Virus record (IMG/VR): IMGVR_UViG_3300030032_000353 | Location: 1 to 14,121 of that record | DNA from: a virus | Strand: one strand, 5' to 3' | DNA: 14,121 nucleotides | In this document: positions 1 through 14,121 of the stretch, in pieces | How positions within the stretch are numbered: position 1 is the stretch's first letter | How the letters are laid out: each line of letters starts with the position of its first letter | Notes under the pieces: model-generated | What the model was told of the DNA's origin: nothing | The model's input: only the letters and a program-made list of their open reading frames with translations | The model's database searches: none | Position numbers and translations under genes: made by a program

Positions 1-837
<837 letters not shown>

Positions 838-1373
838 CTCCTCTTATTATTTATATCAAAAAATCAATGCTTTTTCAACAAAAAATGCCAAATTCATTGA
901 CTTTAAGCTAAAATCGTGGTATATATTGAGTGTATTCTAATTAGGAATACAAGAATATTGATGTCTTCTTGGGAATTTTACAATTCCTCAGATGCCAGGC
1001 GAAAACGAGTCGCATAAGGGATTGCGAGCTGGTTATTAGAAAGTGTAAAAAATTTAAAAATAATAGTAAACTTGTCCAGTATTTATAAGTAATTAAGAAA
1101 GCCATGAGTGCAAAGTTCAATATTCTATTTACATACACACTAAAAAAATGAGTACATATTTATAACTCAAATTTTGTTTGAGCTTATTAAGTTTGTATTC
1201 ATAGTAGGTAAATAGAGTATTAGTATATCGCTTATGGTCTTTTTGTTGTATATATATTCTTGCCCTCTCTATTTATGCAAAACAAAAAGAACTGAATACT
1301 TTGTTTTTGGTATGTAAACAAAGTATTCAGTAAGTAAAATAATATATGTATGGATATGAATATATTATTTTAT

Positions 1374-3115
<1,742 letters not shown>

Positions 3116-3219
3116 AAATTAAGTATTGAAATTTATGCTTGGAATATGGTATATTATGACTACTACTAAAGTAGAAACTATAATTTTATATCGTATTTCA
3201 AGCTGTCAAATGAAAGGAG

Positions 3220-4896
<1,677 letters not shown>

Positions 4897-4921
4897 TTAT
4901 TAAGAAAATAAGCTATGATAT

Positions 4922-5058
4922 GGGGAAAACATTTTAGTGTACTTAACTAAAGCGTTCTCCCCTATGGATTTTGACAAGTATGTCAAAATTCGGGGGCTCT
5001 GCGAGGCAATAAATTTTCTTCCACTGGAATAAAATTTATTCAAATTAACTATCGCCTC
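4922..5058. repeat. Cluster of inverted repeats between convergent recombinase genes
   Basis: GGGGAAAAC (4922-4930)/GTTCTCCCC (4954-4962, 1 mismatch); perfect ATTTTGACA-AGTA-TGTCAAAAT (4968-4989); GAGGC (5003-5007) + AATAAATTTT (5008-5017)/AAAATTTATT (5031-5040) + GCCTC (5054-5058). Confidence 0.6.
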
Positions 5059-5115
5059 TTTCATTTTTACTTTGTAAAAACAAAACGTGCCACGTTAATT
5101 TGTTTTAAGAAATGC

Positions 5116-7021
<1,906 letters not shown>

Positions 7022-7107
7022 AGAATTTTATAATTTATTTATATTAACTTATTTTTAATATCACAAATAAATCAATATAGTATATTTTTTTAAAAACTCT
7101 AAAATTA

Positions 7108-7422
<315 letters not shown>

Positions 7423-7432
7423 GGCACGAAAA

Positions 7433-7456
7433 AAATCGACCTTTTACAGTCGATTT
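7433..7456 (-). terminator. Terminator-like hairpin downstream of tRNA-Thr, inside the module end
   Basis: Minus strand AAATCGAC-TGTAAAAG-GTCGATTT followed by a T run. Confidence 0.5.
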
Positions 7457-7492
7457 AATCGTTTTTTCGTCTGGTGTGACGATATTATCCTT

Positions 7493-7568
7493 TGGTGCCA
7501 ACAGGCAGAATCGAACTGCCGACCTACGAGTTACGAATCCGTTGCTCTACCAACTGAGCTATATTGGC
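7493..7568 (-). tRNA. tRNA-Thr(CGT)
   Basis: GCCAATA TA GCTC AGTTGGTA GAGC A ACGGA TTCGTAA CTCGT AGGTC GGCAG TTCGATT CTGCC TGTTGGC A CCA; 76 nt cloverleaf with encoded CCA; anticodon CGT. Confidence 0.93.
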
Positions 7569-7620
7569 ATAACTCTGTTTTACTGTATAATTATAATATT
7601 TTTTCTTATAAAAATCAAGA

Positions 7621-7659
7621 AAAAGATAATTATTTTATCTTATAAAATAATTATCTTTT
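7621..7659. terminator. Bidirectional rho-independent-like terminator between groEL and tRNA-Thr
   Basis: Perfect 17-bp inverted repeat AAAAGATAATTATTTTA / TAAAATAATTATCTTTT with 5-nt loop, A/T flanks. Confidence 0.7.
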
Positions 7660-7678
7660 TTATAATTCACTTCATTTT

Positions 7679-9365
<1,687 letters not shown>

Positions 9366-9387
9366 TAGCTTTTTTTATTTTACTTTA

Positions 9388-9717
<330 letters not shown>

Positions 9718-9866
9718 TAATTTATACCCATTTTATTAAAAAGTCAATACTATTTTTATATTTTTCACACAAAGTTCACATATCTATTTTATTCATTGAT
9801 ACATAAGCTTATTACAATTTTTTCTATTTTCTTGCATTTTTATCCTATCCAGTTTATAATACTTAT

Positions 9867-11279
<1,413 letters not shown>

Positions 11280-11333
11280 AAATAAAAAAGGATTGATAAT
11301 TTTTAAAGAATATCGTATAATAAAAAGGTACTT

Positions 11334-11689
11334 GGGGATGTAATGGTTTCGACATACTACCAGAAGTATAGATAGCAAGTAGTGGATTCTCGTTGGCCAC
11401 TTTAAAAAACGGGAAAATAAAAATAAACGCTGATAAACAAGAATTAGCATTAGCTGCCTAATTGCAGTTACGTCTTATTTTAATATGCCCACGTATTTTA
11501 ATAGGATGTCATAACTAGTGGGAAACGAAGCTACTTTTTCTTTTAATGTAGTAGGTATTTTAAAAAGATATATTATAATTTATCCTGTTTGTTGGAGAAA
11601 TTGTAATGAATAAAAAAAACAAACTAAACTTGTAGAAATCTATGTGGAAAGTATTATGGACAGGAGTTCGACTCTCCTCATCTCCACCA
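11334..11689 (+). ncRNA. ssrA: tmRNA (ssrA); tag ending ...NADKQELALAA
   Basis: 5' GGGGATGTAATGGTTTCGAC, tag ORF end AAC GCT GAT AAA CAA GAA TTA GCA TTA GCT GCC TAA (11426-11461), 3' GGACAGGAGTTCGACTCTCCTCATCTCCACCA pairing with the 5' end. Confidence 0.96.
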
Positions 11690-11741
11690 AAAAATGAGAC
11701 ACTGGGGACAGTCCTTATTTGTCTCACATTTATTATTTTTT

Positions 11742-11816
<75 letters not shown>

Positions 11817-11853
11817 AAGATAAAATCGTCGCACCAATGTGACGTTAATGATT

Positions 11854-11877
11854 AAATCAATCTGAAAAGATTGATTT
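11854..11877 (+). terminator. Terminator-like hairpin downstream of tRNA-Gly
   Basis: AAATCAATC-TGAAAA-GATTGATTT followed by T run; positional equivalent of 7433-7456. Confidence 0.55.
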
Positions 11878-11913
11878 TTTTGTGCGTTATTGCAAAGAAA
11901 GGTGTGATGTGAT

Positions 11914-12186
11914 ATGATTAAAATAATTAAAAAGAAAATCAATATGAGTGATGAACTTAGGAGTAAAATTAATTGGTCTTGCAAATTTAATAATAGACCC
12001 TACCAGATTATTGAGGGTCACCTAAGAATTGTGGAACATACAAATTTAGCATATGTTGAGCCACATAAAGTAATTATTGGAGATACACTATATTTATTCT
12101 TCAATGAACAAAAACATTTTTATATTGGGAATTTAAAGAAGAAAATCCCTATTGCTGATTTATCAGAATACATAGCAAGGCATTAA
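11914..12186 (+). CDS. Small conserved mobile-element protein (90 aa), paralog of 7108..7389
   Basis: MIKIIKKKINMSDELRSKINW...[38 protein letters not shown]...YIARH; RBS AAAGGTGTG. Confidence 0.78.
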   Translation: MIKIIKKKINMSDELRSKINWSCKFNNRPYQIIEGHLRIVEHTNLAYVEPHKVIIGDTLYLFFNEQKHFYIGNLKKKIPIADLSEYIARH

Positions 12187-12234
12187 TTAATTGAGAGTTT
12201 ATATACTCCCATAATATTGGTTTATTTTGTCGTG

Positions 12235-14121
<1,887 letters not shown>

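Noticed and set aside
941-1138. 65-aa ORF upstream of the MobV region
   Set aside because: Overlaps a structured noncoding stretch with no RBS or recognizable protein. Treated as noncoding, although a small RNA or origin cannot be excluded.

Overview
AT-rich (Firmicutes/Tenericutes-like) chromosomal window. The housekeeping core is groES/groEL with a near-consensus CIRCE, an RluA/RluD-family pseudouridine synthase, hpt, ssrA (tmRNA), tRNA-Thr(CGT) and tRNA-Gly(TCC). Mobile DNA lies on both sides: a MobV relaxase/TnpX-like large serine recombinase (LSR) mobilizable element with a strong oriT candidate, an AAA ATPase, and two paralogous 'tRNA - hairpin - ~90-aa protein - hairpin - LSR' modules in opposite orientations. 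Main discovery candidate: the window contains four apparent +1 frameshifts, two in the pseudouridine synthase and two in the leftward LSR. All four fall at an in-frame CGG codon, and in all four, skipping the C and reading the next GGN as Gly restores the conserved protein ([35 protein letters not shown]). I found no other in-frame CGG in about 3,840 codons of supported CDS, while CGG is tolerated out of frame (NNC GGN). The same window encodes a tRNA-Gly whose anticodon loop is CUUCCGA (anticodon UCC followed by G37). Its bases 34-37 (UCCG) are complementary to the quadruplet CGGA, and with U34 wobble to CGGU. This suggests an unassigned CGG triplet with CGGN decoded as glycine in four-base steps. 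The alternatives are a systematic sequencing artefact or coincidental pseudogenization, and both are testable.
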